Origin: Lysobacterales bacterium
GTDB taxonomy: Bacteria; Pseudomonadota; Gammaproteobacteria; Xanthomonadales; SZUA-5
Length of the DNA stretch: 46,180 nucleotides
Direction of reading: 5' to 3'
Assembly (NCBI GenBank): GCA_020442775.1
Contig: JAGRJL010000025.1
Location: 1-46,180, forward strand
Below are positions 34,404 to 42,895 of this stretch, one piece after another. Position numbers and translations under genes: made by a program. The number at the start of each line of letters is the position of its first letter. The first letter of the stretch is position 1. Under the pieces are notes generated by a model. That model had not been told where the DNA came from, ran no database searches, and worked only from the letters and a program-made list of their open reading frames with translations.

Positions 34404-34411
34404 GGGGGGGG
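34404..34411. repeat. G8 homopolymer tract in the same intergenic region
   Basis: actGGGGGGGGtatg. This is the longest homopolymer run I found in non-coding DNA of the window. Confidence 0.9.
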
Positions 34412-34548
34412 TATGAGGGAATTCGCAGGGGTGATGACAACTTCAGCCAATCGGTGGCAATTCCGACCCGAGGCTGAAAGCTTGGACTTCCGAAAGGCAA
34501 TCGGTCGCTGTCCCGCTGCCAGCCGGTCTGGAACGATCTGGTGATCCG

Positions 34549-35328
34549 ATGGCTTCGTTCGAAACGATCGTGCCCCATGGGCACACGAACGTGATGACAA
34601 ACGATGGCTTGCTGAATACCGAGCAGGCGCAGATCAAAGTGATCTTCGTCGATGACGATCGTGCGCTGGTCGGACTGGCTGCCGAGTTCTGCAAGTCGCA
34701 CGGGATTGATGTGATCTGGGCCGGAGACGCTGCGGTGCTGGAAGAACTCCTGGCTGCGCGTACGGTGGATCTGATTCTGCTCGACGTGGGACTACCGGGG
34801 GAAGACGGCTTCAGTATCTGTCGCCGACTGCGGGTGACGCGACCTGGTCTGCCGATCATCGTCGTGTCCGGGCGCACCGACGACATGGACCGGATCCTGG
34901 GTCTGGAATTGGGCGCCGACGATTACATCACCAAGCCTTTCGTACCCAGAGAGCTGGTTGCACGAATTCGCTCGCTCCATCGGCGCAGCCAGCTGCACAC
35001 CATGGCGCCAGCGCAGGCGGCAACTGAGTGCGTGCCATTCGGGCAGTTTGAACTTGATCTGGGGCGGCGTGAGCTGCGTCGCCAGGGCGAACCACAGCCG
35101 CTCACCAATGCTGAGTATGATCTGCTGGCAGTCCTTTGCCAGAATCCGGGCCAGGCGCTGAGCCGCGCCGAGATTCTCAATCTGATCGAAGACGGCGGCG
35201 AATCCACCGCGTCTGAACGCGGGATCGACGTCACCATCGTCAAATTGCGCAAGCTGATCGAGGACGAACCCAAATCACCCAAGTACATCAAGACCGTTTG
35301 GGGGATTGGCTACATCTTCACCCCGTGA
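34549..35328 (+). CDS. OmpR/PhoB-family response regulator
   Basis: Receiver IKVIFVDDDRAL...LILLDVGLPGEDGFSIC...IIVVSGR...GADDYITKPF, plus winged helix (LTNAEYDLLAVLCQNPGQALSRAEIL...IDVTIVKLRKLIE...IKTVWGIGYIF). ATG 34549 is preceded by GGTGAT; ATG 34594 is an alternative start. Confidence 0.9.
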   Translation: MASFETIVPHGHTNVMTNDGLLNTEQAQIKVIFVDDDRALVGLAAEFCKSHGIDVIWAGDAAVLEELLAARTVDLILLDVGLPGEDGFSICRRLRVTRPGLPIIVVSGRTDDMDRILGLELGADDYITKPFVPRELVARIRSLHRRSQLHTMAPAQAATECVPFGQFELDLGRRELRRQGEPQPLTNAEYDLLAVLCQNPGQALSRAEILNLIEDGGESTASERGIDVTIVKLRKLIEDEPKSPKYIKTVWGIGYIFTP

Positions 35329-35951
35329 AGGCGCAGGCGCCCGCCACCTACAGTAGCGCCGAGCTGCTGCGCAGCCTTGGCCACGACGTCCGTGGGCATC
35401 TGGCCAGGCTGCATCTGCGGCTGAGTCTGTTCAAACTGCCGCAGGCCACCCTGCAGGAAGCGCTGGACGAGCTGGCCAACATCGATATTTGCGTGCGCAG
35501 CCACCTCGATCTGGTGCGCGAGGCCCCGCAGCGGGAACCCACAGCTCTGCCCATCCGGGATCTGGCGCAGCAGCTTCTGGCCGAGCTTCCGGATGGGGAT
35601 CGGGTGGTCCTGGATCCGTCCCTGAAACTGGAAGTACGGAGCTGGCCAGAGCTGTTGCAAGGCGTGTTGCGGGCGATTGTTTGCAATGCCCTGACCCACG
35701 GCAAGCCACCGGTTAGCCTGCATGCGGAACAGTGCGTAGACAGCTGGCGCCTGAGCGTGGTTGATCACGGTAATGGTTTCGTTCGCCCCAGGGCCGATGA
35801 GCAAAGTGCGAGATCACCACTGGCCAGCGGGGTTGGGCTGCTTGCTGCTGACCATCTGGCGAGACTGTTGGGCGGAACGATTGAGGTCCGTTGCGAGGTC
35901 GGGATTTGCACGGTCAGCTTGCATTGTCCGAACCAGCCCAAGCCCGTTTGA
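35325..35951 (+). CDS. Minimal soluble histidine kinase (DHp + CA only, 208 aa), translationally coupled to the regulator
   Basis: GTG 35325 overlaps the regulator stop (GTGA). H-box LLRSLGHDVRGHL, N-box IVCNALTHG, G1 VVDHGNGF, G2 ASGVGLLAADHLARLLGG. The H-box begins about 17 residues from the start, so there is no TM segment and no sensor domain. Confidence 0.75.
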   Translation: MKAQAPATYSSAELLRSLGHDVRGHLARLHLRLSLFKLPQATLQEALDELANIDICVRSHLDLVREAPQREPTALPIRDLAQQLLAELPDGDRVVLDPSLKLEVRSWPELLQGVLRAIVCNALTHGKPPVSLHAEQCVDSWRLSVVDHGNGFVRPRADEQSARSPLASGVGLLAADHLARLLGGTIEVRCEVGICTVSLHCPNQPKPV

Positions 35952-35970
35952 GTTGGTGAAGGCACTGGAC

Positions 35971-36000
35971 TTAGTTACTAAAATATATTAAAAAGTATGT
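35971..36000 (+). promoter_or_regulatory. AT-rich promoter-like island upstream of the PAS-GGDEF-EAL operon
   Basis: ttagttactaaaatatattaaaaagtatgt is almost pure A/T within GC-rich DNA and lies 47-76 nt upstream of ATG 36047. Confidence 0.35.
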
Positions 36001-36046
36001 CAGCTTGGGTTGATCAAGCGCCGTGCGCCAGCCACGCGGGCTACAC

Positions 36047-37825
36047 ATGCAGTTCGGTTCGCCAGAATGCTTCGTTTCCGCCTCATCGGTAGCAAACATT
36101 GCTGCAGACGGGAAGCAGTCTGGTGGGAACCCCCGGCCAGCCCAGGAAGCCTTCGGGTCGCATCGATTTCTGGACCAGATCCCGGCAGCGGCGGTTCTGA
36201 TTGATCAGCGGGGGCGGATCGTCGCCAGCAATCGATCACTGAACGATTACCTCGATTACAGCCCCGGCGAGCTCTACGCAGCCCCGCTGTCGATACTGGG
36301 CCCCGATGCCGCGCGCTTGCTCGGCAGTATCAAAGAGATTGATGGTGGTCAGTCCCCTCGGCTGGTACGACTGCAGTCCCGGCGCGGTGAAATGCGCGCC
36401 TGTCTGGCCAATGCCTGCTGGTGGAGCGGTGATCCCGAGGGTGCGCGGCTAATGTGCGCGCTGGATTGCCGCGATCAGGTCGCCAGCGAGCAGATTCTCG
36501 GCAGGATCGCCTATATCGACGGCCTCACCGGGCTTCCCAATCGCGCGGCATTCCTTCGTCAGCTGCAATCGCGCTGTGAAGCCATATCGGCTGGCGAGGG
36601 CGCATTCGCGGTGGCCCGCGTGGACCTGGACCGCTTTCGTCTGGTCAACGATACGCACGGTCATCACACCGGCGATGGCTTGCTGGAGCGGATCGCGAAG
36701 CAGTTGCGCGAAAGCGTCAACGCTGAAGCGTTCGTTGCCCGGATGGGCGGCGATGAGTTCGCTCTGCTGATGGATGACCGAGGCTCAGAGCGCGAGTTGC
36801 GTGACCGTCTGGAGCGGCTGTCGCAGGCGTTGACCGGCCCCTTCGATCTGGAACAGCGGCGAATCTATCTGACTGCCAGCGTCGGACTGGTTCGAGTGAG
36901 CGACAACGAGCGGAGCGCTCAAGAGATCCTGAACAACGCCGAGTCTGCATTGTTCAGGGCCAAGGACGAGGGGCGCAACCGGGTCACCGTGTTTGCTCCG
37001 GCCCTGCAGGAACAGGCGCGCTCCCGGCTGATCGTCTTCAGCGCTCTCCAGCGTGCGTTGCGCGACAGCGAACTGGAGATCCATCTGCAGCCGATAGTGG
37101 AAGGGCGCAGCCAGGCACTGGTGACGATGGAGGCGCTGGTGCGCTGGCCCGACTGCTATGAGGGTGCCTGTCAGCCGTCGCAGTTCATCCCCATTTCCGA
37201 AGAGCTGGGGATCGCGCCGGAGCTTGATCGTCTGGTGATCGAGGAATCCGCGCGCTGGCTCGCCTACCTTCGCGAGGCACATCCGGCCTTGCGCGGCGTG
37301 CCGATCAACATCAACGTGTCGGCGGTAACCCTGCGCAATGAGGCCATTGTTGATCTGCTGGCCGCAGCCAGACAGCAATATGGATTGGAGCCAGAGGCGC
37401 TGCGGGTGGAGATCACCGAGACCGCACTGCTTTCAGACTCCGAGCATGTCCAGAACGTCTTGTGCAATCTGGCAAGGAGCGGAACCCCGCTGGTGCTCGA
37501 TGACTTTGGCACCGGTTACTCGTCCTTGCGCCACGTCTATGACCTGCCGATCTGTGCGCTGAAGATCGACAAATATTTCGTGCACAGGGCCCTGCGTGAT
37601 CCGCGCAGTCTGGCGCTGGTCAGCACCATCCTCTCGCTGGCCAGGGCCTTGGGCATCTCCACCACCGCGGAGGGGATTGAAACCGAGCGGCAGCGCTCGA
37701 CGCTGGTGCGACTGGGTTGCGAGAACCTGCAGGGATATCTGTTTGCCAAGCCGATGCCACCGGCTGAGCTGCCTGCATGGGTGGAGCGGATGGCGGCGAC
37801 CTTGGATGCGACCGGCGATGGATAA
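36047..37825 (+). CDS. Cytoplasmic PAS-GGDEF-EAL protein (592 aa)
   Basis: PAS-like N-terminus (FLDQIPAAAVLIDQRGRIVASNRSLNDYL), GGDEF (DGLTGLPNRAAF...RVDLDRFRLVNDTHGH...ARMGGDEFALL), EAL (LQPIV...MEALVRW...ISEELG...INISA...EITE...LDDFGTGYSSL...LKIDK...EGIE...QGYLFAKP). Both catalytic motifs look intact. Confidence 0.9.
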   Translation: MQFGSPECFVSASSVANIAADGKQSGGNPRPAQEAFGSHRFLDQIPAAAVLIDQRGRIVASNRSLNDYLDYSPGELYAAPLSILGPDAARLLGSIKEIDGGQSPRLVRLQSRRGEMRACLANACWWSGDPEGARLMCALDCRDQVASEQILGRIAYIDGLTGLPNRAAFLRQLQSRCEAISAGEGAFAVARVDLDRFRLVNDTHGHHTGDGLLERIAKQLRESVNAEAFVARMGGDEFALLMDDRGSERELRDRLERLSQALTGPFDLEQRRIYLTASVGLVRVSDNERSAQEILNNAESALFRAKDEGRNRVTVFAPALQEQARSRLIVFSALQRALRDSELEIHLQPIVEGRSQALVTMEALVRWPDCYEGACQPSQFIPISEELGIAPELDRLVIEESARWLAYLREAHPALRGVPININVSAVTLRNEAIVDLLAAARQQYGLEPEALRVEITETALLSDSEHVQNVLCNLARSGTPLVLDDFGTGYSSLRHVYDLPICALKIDKYFVHRALRDPRSLALVSTILSLARALGISTTAEGIETERQRSTLVRLGCENLQGYLFAKPMPPAELPAWVERMAATLDATGDG

Positions 37826-38273
37826 TCCTCCCCCGGGCGCCAACCGCACATCGATCGACTCGACGCCGGACGGTGGCCGGTCCTGGTCCAGCAGCCTGAG
37901 CCTTGGAGAGCTGGCGCAGTTGGCGAAGATCGAACGGCTGGAGCAGGCCAACGCCAGACTGGAGCGCGAGTTGCGCCAGCTTCGATCAGCGCTGGCGACC
38001 GCTGAAAGCGAAGTTGGCAGCCTGCGGCGTTCCCAGGCAGCAGTGGATTCGGTGCTTGAGCAGGAGCGCGCATTCAGAATGGATCTGCAGGAGGAGTTGG
38101 CGGAATCTCGCGCGGCACTCGCCAGGCAGCAGAGTGACCCGCTGCGCGCGGATCAGTGGGAAAATCCCGCAACGCTGATCAGAGCGGAGCTGGCGCCAGC
38201 CAATCAGGCGGAGTCTGCCGATTCGGGAAGCCTGTCGACCGGTTCGCAGGGTGTCAGACGACATGGTGGTTGA
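37818..38273 (+). CDS. Hypothetical coiled-coil protein (151 aa)
   Basis: ATG 37818 overlaps the upstream stop (ATGGATAA, 8-nt overlap). The central segment LAQLAKIERLEQANARLERELRQLRSALATAESEVGSLRR...LQEELAESRAALARQQ has heptad character, and both ends look disordered. Confidence 0.55.
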   Translation: MDNPPPGANRTSIDSTPDGGRSWSSSLSLGELAQLAKIERLEQANARLERELRQLRSALATAESEVGSLRRSQAAVDSVLEQERAFRMDLQEELAESRAALARQQSDPLRADQWENPATLIRAELAPANQAESADSGSLSTGSQGVRRHGG

Positions 38274-38318
38274 CCCTTCAATCTGCGCTGGCAGCTCCGG
38301 GTTGCCCGTGGCGATGAC

Positions 38319-41300
38319 ATGAACGGGGAAATGTCCGCCGATATCCACCCGATACCGGCGGCAAGGGTTGAGCGCGTCAGTCTGCTGGAATCCGAAGATG
38401 CGCTGATCGTGGTGGACACCCATAGCCGCATCCATGCGATCAGCGACGGGCTGTGCCAACGGCTGGGGCTCACCGTCGCCACCTTTCAGGGCAAGTCCCT
38501 GGACCAGATCGAGCGCCAGTGGCGCAAGGTCGCGATACTCAGCCGGATCGATTCCGGCAGTGAATCGGTGCAGGGCGGTTTCCTCTGGCCCAGCGAGCTT
38601 TCGGCGTTTCGCGTATTGCCCCGCATTGATGTACTGCTGCAGGGCAGCACGCCGGGCTTGCCGCAGACCCTGACTTGCGATCACGCAGGGCAGATCAAGG
38701 GCGCATCCGCGAGCCTGCTCAGCCGACCGGGCGGGGGGCTGCTGCTGGGCAGGCTGAAGATCTTCGACCTGCTGCCGTCGGCGACAAAGAAGTTAGGGAA
38801 CCTGATTCGGGATAGTGCCCAGCGTCAGGGAGTGCCCAGCACGATGGGTCTGCAAGTGCCAAACATGGGCTTGTTCAGGCTGCTGTCGCTGGCATATGAC
38901 GAATGGGTGGAGCTGAGCTTCCTTCGGCCGCAGTCCGATGTGCTCTCGCTGAGCGAACTGGTCCGCCATCCAGTGTTCTCTCGCACCATCGACATGATGG
39001 AGGACGCCGTCTCGGTACACGATCTGGACGGTGCCACGGTGGAGATCAACCAGGCTGGCTTCGCGCTACTCGATGCCGAACCCTCTGCGGCGGGTGTGCC
39101 GCAGCTGGTCGAAGCGATCCATCCCGAGGATCGTTCGGTGTTCGCAGGCGCGCTGGCAGCGGGATTGCGCGGTGCGACCACGCGCGCCACATTGCGCCTG
39201 CTGGTAGGCGTGGATGATCGAGAAGCTCGCGTGCGAATTCTGGTCCGGCCGATCAGGCGGGAAGACGGAGAACTCGATCGTTTGCTGATTCAGACCCGCA
39301 CCTCCGCCTTTCCAGCGCCTCCCGCGACCGGCACGGCGGCGCGCGTTGGGGTGCCGCTGGAGCAGCCGGCGTCGCTGACCGACCCGAATGAGACCGGGGC
39401 CAGGGTGGATGCTGCAGCAACCAGCGCGGGGGTTGCCAGGCTGGTTCCCCGCCCATCCCCGCCGGCGGGCGCACAGGGCTACGCGTGGTCCTGCGAGCTG
39501 GAAGATGCGCGGCTGGTCAAGCTGCAACTGCGTGGCGAGGGTTTCGAACAGCTGCATGGCTTTCCTTTTTGCGAACTGGTTCTGGCCGGCGGGGAGCGAA
39601 TCGCGATGCCGCATGGCGAAGCGGAGAGAGTGCGCTCGGTGATCCTCGAGGCGGCGCGCCGCGGCGGGGGCTTCGAGCTGGAGTTCTCCCGCTACGACGG
39701 CCACAGCGCGCTGCGCTGGACCCTGGTGCGCGGCACCGTGTATCGCGATCGAGAGGGCCGCTCCCTGGTGGAGGCGGTCACAATGGATTTGGAGCCTCGC
39801 CGCCTGGCACAAGTGGCGAATGATCAGCACCACCGGTTCCTGCTCGACCTGCTCGAGCTGGTCCCTGATGCCGGAGGCTGCCAGCTGCGCTATGACTGGC
39901 AGGCCAGGGTGGAAATCCTGTACGCCAACGATCGCCTGCGCGAGCTTTGTCCCAGCCTGCGCTCGTCGGGAGGAAGTGCGGCGGAGCTGTTGTTTCCCAA
40001 TCTCGAGGCGCCCACCGTAGCCGCAATCGATCAGCGGCTCCGCCAATCTGCTGAGACCGGCGAACTGGTTGATCTGGAGTTCAACATGGGAGCGGGCGAA
40101 GGCGCCCGCTGGTTCAGCCTGCGCGCCTGCCGAGCGGATGCCGCGAACGGGCTGGGCGTGGTTTGCCTGCTTATGGAGATCACCCGGCAGCGGCGCGCAG
40201 TACAGACTTTGCTGGAGCGGGAACAGCTGCTGCAGCGCATCGGTAACAACATGCCCAACGGTTTCGTTTTTCAAATGATCCAGCAGGCCGACAAGAGCGC
40301 GCATCTAAGCTATGTCTCCGCCGGTTTTGAGCGTTTGACCGGCATCAGCAGACGGGATGTGGCCATCAATCTGGCGCCCCTGTTGCAGCTGATGTCTGCC
40401 ACCGATGCGATGAATTTCGAAGCACGCATGAGCGAGTCGGCGCGGCGAATGGTGCTGCTGGAGTGCGAATTCGGTTTGAACAGCGAGCGACGGGAGGCCT
40501 TCAGGCACCTGATGCTCAGCGCCCGGCCACGACCCTTCGACGGCGGTGCCACGCTGTGGGAGGGCGTCGCCACAGACATCACCCAGCGACACAACACTGG
40601 AGAGGAGAAGCGTCGACTGATACTGCGCCTGGAGCACCAGATCACCGAGCTGGAGAGCGTCAACTTTGCACTCTCGCATGATCTCAAGGGTGCGGTTCTG
40701 GGGCTTCGCGGCCAGCTTGATCTCGCGTTGGATCTGTCAGAGATGGGGGAACATGAAGGTGTCCATGAGCGGCTGAACCGCAGCATCGGGGTCACAGAGC
40801 GGATGTGGCAACTGCTCGCTCAGATGCTGGAGTTGTCCCGACTGGAGCGGGCAGAGCTGGTCGTGCGCCGCTTGACGATGCTCGAGCTGGTGCAGCCGAC
40901 GTTGGACCTGCTGAGCGGCCTGTCGGAAAAGTCGGGGGTCAGAGTCGAGCTTGAGACCCCCGAGCTGGAGCTGGATTGTGACGTACTGCGGCTGCAGTCG
41001 GTGTTGGTCAATCTGATTGGAAACGCGCTGAAATTCTCGCCGCCGGGTAGCGAGTCGGTGCTGATTCGCGGTACCGAGGGCATTGGCGAGGTGCTGATAT
41101 CGATTACCGATCACGGAATCGGCATCGCTCCCCAACATCTGGAAAAGGTCTTCGGGCTATTCGAGCGTGTCGATCAGGCTGTGGAAGGATCAGGGGTTGG
41201 CCTGGCGCTGGTCCGTCGGGTGATCCAGATGCACGGCGGCAGGGTATGGGCGACCTCGCCCGGCGTGGGTCAGGGTACGACCATCTGGCTGTCGCTGCCG

Positions 41301-41339
41301 AGAATGTCAGTGGAAACCGGGATGTTGCGCAGTGGCTGA
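38319..41339 (+). CDS. Cytoplasmic multi-PAS sensor histidine kinase (1006 aa)
   Basis: No TM segments. Several PAS-like repeats (e.g. MMEDAVSVHDLDGATVEINQAGFALL; ...VFQMIQQADKSAHLSYVSAGFERLTGISRRDV), H-box FALSHDLKGAVLGL, N-box NLIGNALKFSPPG, ITDHGIGIAPQHLEKVFGLFER, GSGVGLALVRRVIQMHGGRVW. Confidence 0.9.
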   Translation: MNGEMSADIHPIPAARVERVSLLESEDALIVVDTHSRIHAISDGLCQRLGLTVATFQGKSLDQIERQWRKVAILSRIDSGSESVQGGFLWPSELSAFRVLPRIDVLLQGSTPGLPQTLTCDHAGQIKGASASLLSRPGGGLLLGRLKIFDLLPSATKKLGNLIRDSAQRQGVPSTMGLQVPNMGLFRLLSLAYDEWVELSFLRPQSDVLSLSELVRHPVFSRTIDMMEDAVSVHDLDGATVEINQAGFALLDAEPSAAGVPQLVEAIHPEDRSVFAGALAAGLRGATTRATLRLLVGVDDREARVRILVRPIRREDGELDRLLIQTRTSAFPAPPATGTAARVGVPLEQPASLTDPNETGARVDAAATSAGVARLVPRPSPPAGAQGYAWSCELEDARLVKLQLRGEGFEQLHGFPFCELVLAGGERIAMPHGEAERVRSVILEAARRGGGFELEFSRYDGHSALRWTLVRGTVYRDREGRSLVEAVTMDLEPRRLAQVANDQHHRFLLDLLELVPDAGGCQLRYDWQARVEILYANDRLRELCPSLRSSGGSAAELLFPNLEAPTVAAIDQRLRQSAETGELVDLEFNMGAGEGARWFSLRACRADAANGLGVVCLLMEITRQRRAVQTLLEREQLLQRIGNNMPNGFVFQMIQQADKSAHLSYVSAGFERLTGISRRDVAINLAPLLQLMSATDAMNFEARMSESARRMVLLECEFGLNSERREAFRHLMLSARPRPFDGGATLWEGVATDITQRHNTGEEKRRLILRLEHQITELESVNFALSHDLKGAVLGLRGQLDLALDLSEMGEHEGVHERLNRSIGVTERMWQLLAQMLELSRLERAELVVRRLTMLELVQPTLDLLSGLSEKSGVRVELETPELELDCDVLRLQSVLVNLIGNALKFSPPGSESVLIRGTEGIGEVLISITDHGIGIAPQHLEKVFGLFERVDQAVEGSGVGLALVRRVIQMHGGRVWATSPGVGQGTTIWLSLPRMSVETGMLRSG

Positions 41340-41436
41340 ATTCAACCGTTGTCCTCGCTGCGCGAGCAGCCTTCGGGGACAGTGTTGCCCAATCGAAGTA
41401 CCATAATCCCCTCGGGGTAGATGCTGGAGCAGAAGA

Positions 41437-41880
41437 ATGCAGGCACGGCCCAAACTGGCAGCCTCCATCCTGGCGATTGAGGATGACCCCAACCAGCTCG
41501 AGCTACTCGAGTTGGCAATCGGAGCATTGCCTGTGGAGGTTCCGGTCACCTGTGCTGACAACGGTATGGAGGCCCTGCATCTGATTCAGATGGCGGCGAT
41601 GGAGCGCTTCGAGGGGCAAGTGGCGATGGTGCTGCTGGACCTACGTTTGCCGCGAATGCACGGGATGGATGTGCTCACCCGGGCCAATGAGCTGGGGCTC
41701 ACCGGCAAGGCGCCGTTCATCGTGTTCACATCATCGGACTCCAGTGCCGAGCGTGATCAGGCGCTGGCACTGGGAGCGCGCGACTATCTGGTCAAACCCC
41801 TGGGTTTCAAGCCGCTCAGGCTGCTGATCTCCAGCCTCTATGAGCGCTGGATCGCCTCCAATCCGGCGTTGTCCGGCTAG
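41437..41880 (+). CDS. Single-domain CheY-like response regulator (147 aa)
   Basis: ILAIEDDPNQLE...MVLLDLRLPRMHGMDVL...FIVFTSS...GARDYLVKPL, with no output domain. Confidence 0.88.
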   Translation: MQARPKLAASILAIEDDPNQLELLELAIGALPVEVPVTCADNGMEALHLIQMAAMERFEGQVAMVLLDLRLPRMHGMDVLTRANELGLTGKAPFIVFTSSDSSAERDQALALGARDYLVKPLGFKPLRLLISSLYERWIASNPALSG

Positions 41881-42326
41881 CCGGCACCGCCTGCTTCCAG
41901 GGCGAAGGCACTCCGCACGCTGGCATTGAGCCGTTCACCAATGGCATCGGCACATTCGTGCAGATTCCAAAGCAGCTTGCCCAGCGTGGTGTCGCTGCCG
42001 CTGATCGCGGTCAGCAGCAGTCGCTGGCGGCGATTGGGGATATCCATCACCAGAATGTTTCCCTGGCCCGCCTCGATCACGATGTTCTTGCAGGTGTTGA
42101 CCCGAGTTTCCGCACACAAGGCTTCGGCCAGCGCCAGCTGCGAACTGGCCATCGCCGAGAGCTTGCTGGCGCTGATGGTCGGCGGCAGCTGGGCGGCGAT
42201 GTCAAAGCCGTCGATGGTGGAGACCAGTGCGCCTTCGATCTCCGGAGTGTTTTCGATCAACACCGCCAACTGCTTCAGGCACATCATGCGCTCGGTGTTG
42301 CCGAAGGGGTCGACCTCTTGATTCAT
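41877..42326 (-). CDS. Roadblock/LC7 (MglB-like) domain protein (149 aa)
   Basis: LKQLAVLIENTPEIEGALVSTIDGFDIAAQL......LSAMASSQLALAEAL......NIVIEAGQGNILVMDI...LLLTAISGSDTTLGKLLWNL follows the Roadblock/LC7 pattern. The ATG overlaps the GTPase stop (ATGA at 42323-42326). Confidence 0.8.
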   Translation of the reverse strand: MNQEVDPFGNTERMMCLKQLAVLIENTPEIEGALVSTIDGFDIAAQLPPTISASKLSAMASSQLALAEALCAETRVNTCKNIVIEAGQGNILVMDIPNRRQRLLLTAISGSDTTLGKLLWNLHECADAIGERLNASVRSAFALEAGGAG

Positions 42327-42895
42327 CGGGCGATCTCCATCTGGGTGGGCGAGCGCTCCATCTGGATGTCCTGTTCAATCTGGTGAAAGAGCACGTCCAG
42401 CAGCAGCAGTACGTCGTCGCGGCGACGCACGTCGACCGAGAACATGGGGACCTGCAGGCCCATCGAGTCGGCGATCTCGTGGAACTCATGCAATCCTGGC
42501 TGTGGGTGGGTCTCGGTGTGGCCAACCCCGATCACCGCTCGATAGCCGCGGACCACATCCGAGAATGCATTCAGATAGTGGCGCACGTCGGCAATCGGGT
42601 CCGGCCGAGAGTTGTCGATCAGGATCACCACGCCGAGCGCCCCGGCGCCGAGGATCTTCCACATGAAGTCGAAGCGTTCCTGTCCTGGTGTTCCGTACAG
42701 GCGCAGCTTGTCGCCGTTGCCGAGGGTGACTTCGCCATAATCCATGGCGGCGGTCGTGGTTGCCTTGGCGTGGGTTTGCGTATCGTTATTCTGAACTTCG
42801 GTGGAAACCGGTGGAATCTCGCTGATCGCGGCGATGGCGGTTGTCTTGCCCGCGCCCATCGTCCCCGCAAAGATCAACTTGTGTTCAGAAGCCAC
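42323..42895 (-). CDS. Small Ras-like GTPase of the CvnD/MglA-related 'ATP/GTP-binding protein' group (COG2229), 190 aa
   Basis: GTG start at 42895. P-loop FAGTMGAGKTT, switch region TTTAAMDYGEVTL, LYGTPGQERF (G3), VVILIDNS. The NKxD position reads GVGHTE, as I recall for this subgroup. It abuts the upstream gene with no intergenic nucleotide. Confidence 0.85.
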   Translation of the reverse strand: MASEHKLIFAGTMGAGKTTAIAAISEIPPVSTEVQNNDTQTHAKATTTAAMDYGEVTLGNGDKLRLYGTPGQERFDFMWKILGAGALGVVILIDNSRPDPIADVRHYLNAFSDVVRGYRAVIGVGHTETHPQPGLHEFHEIADSMGLQVPMFSVDVRRRDDVLLLLDVLFHQIEQDIQMERSPTQMEIAR

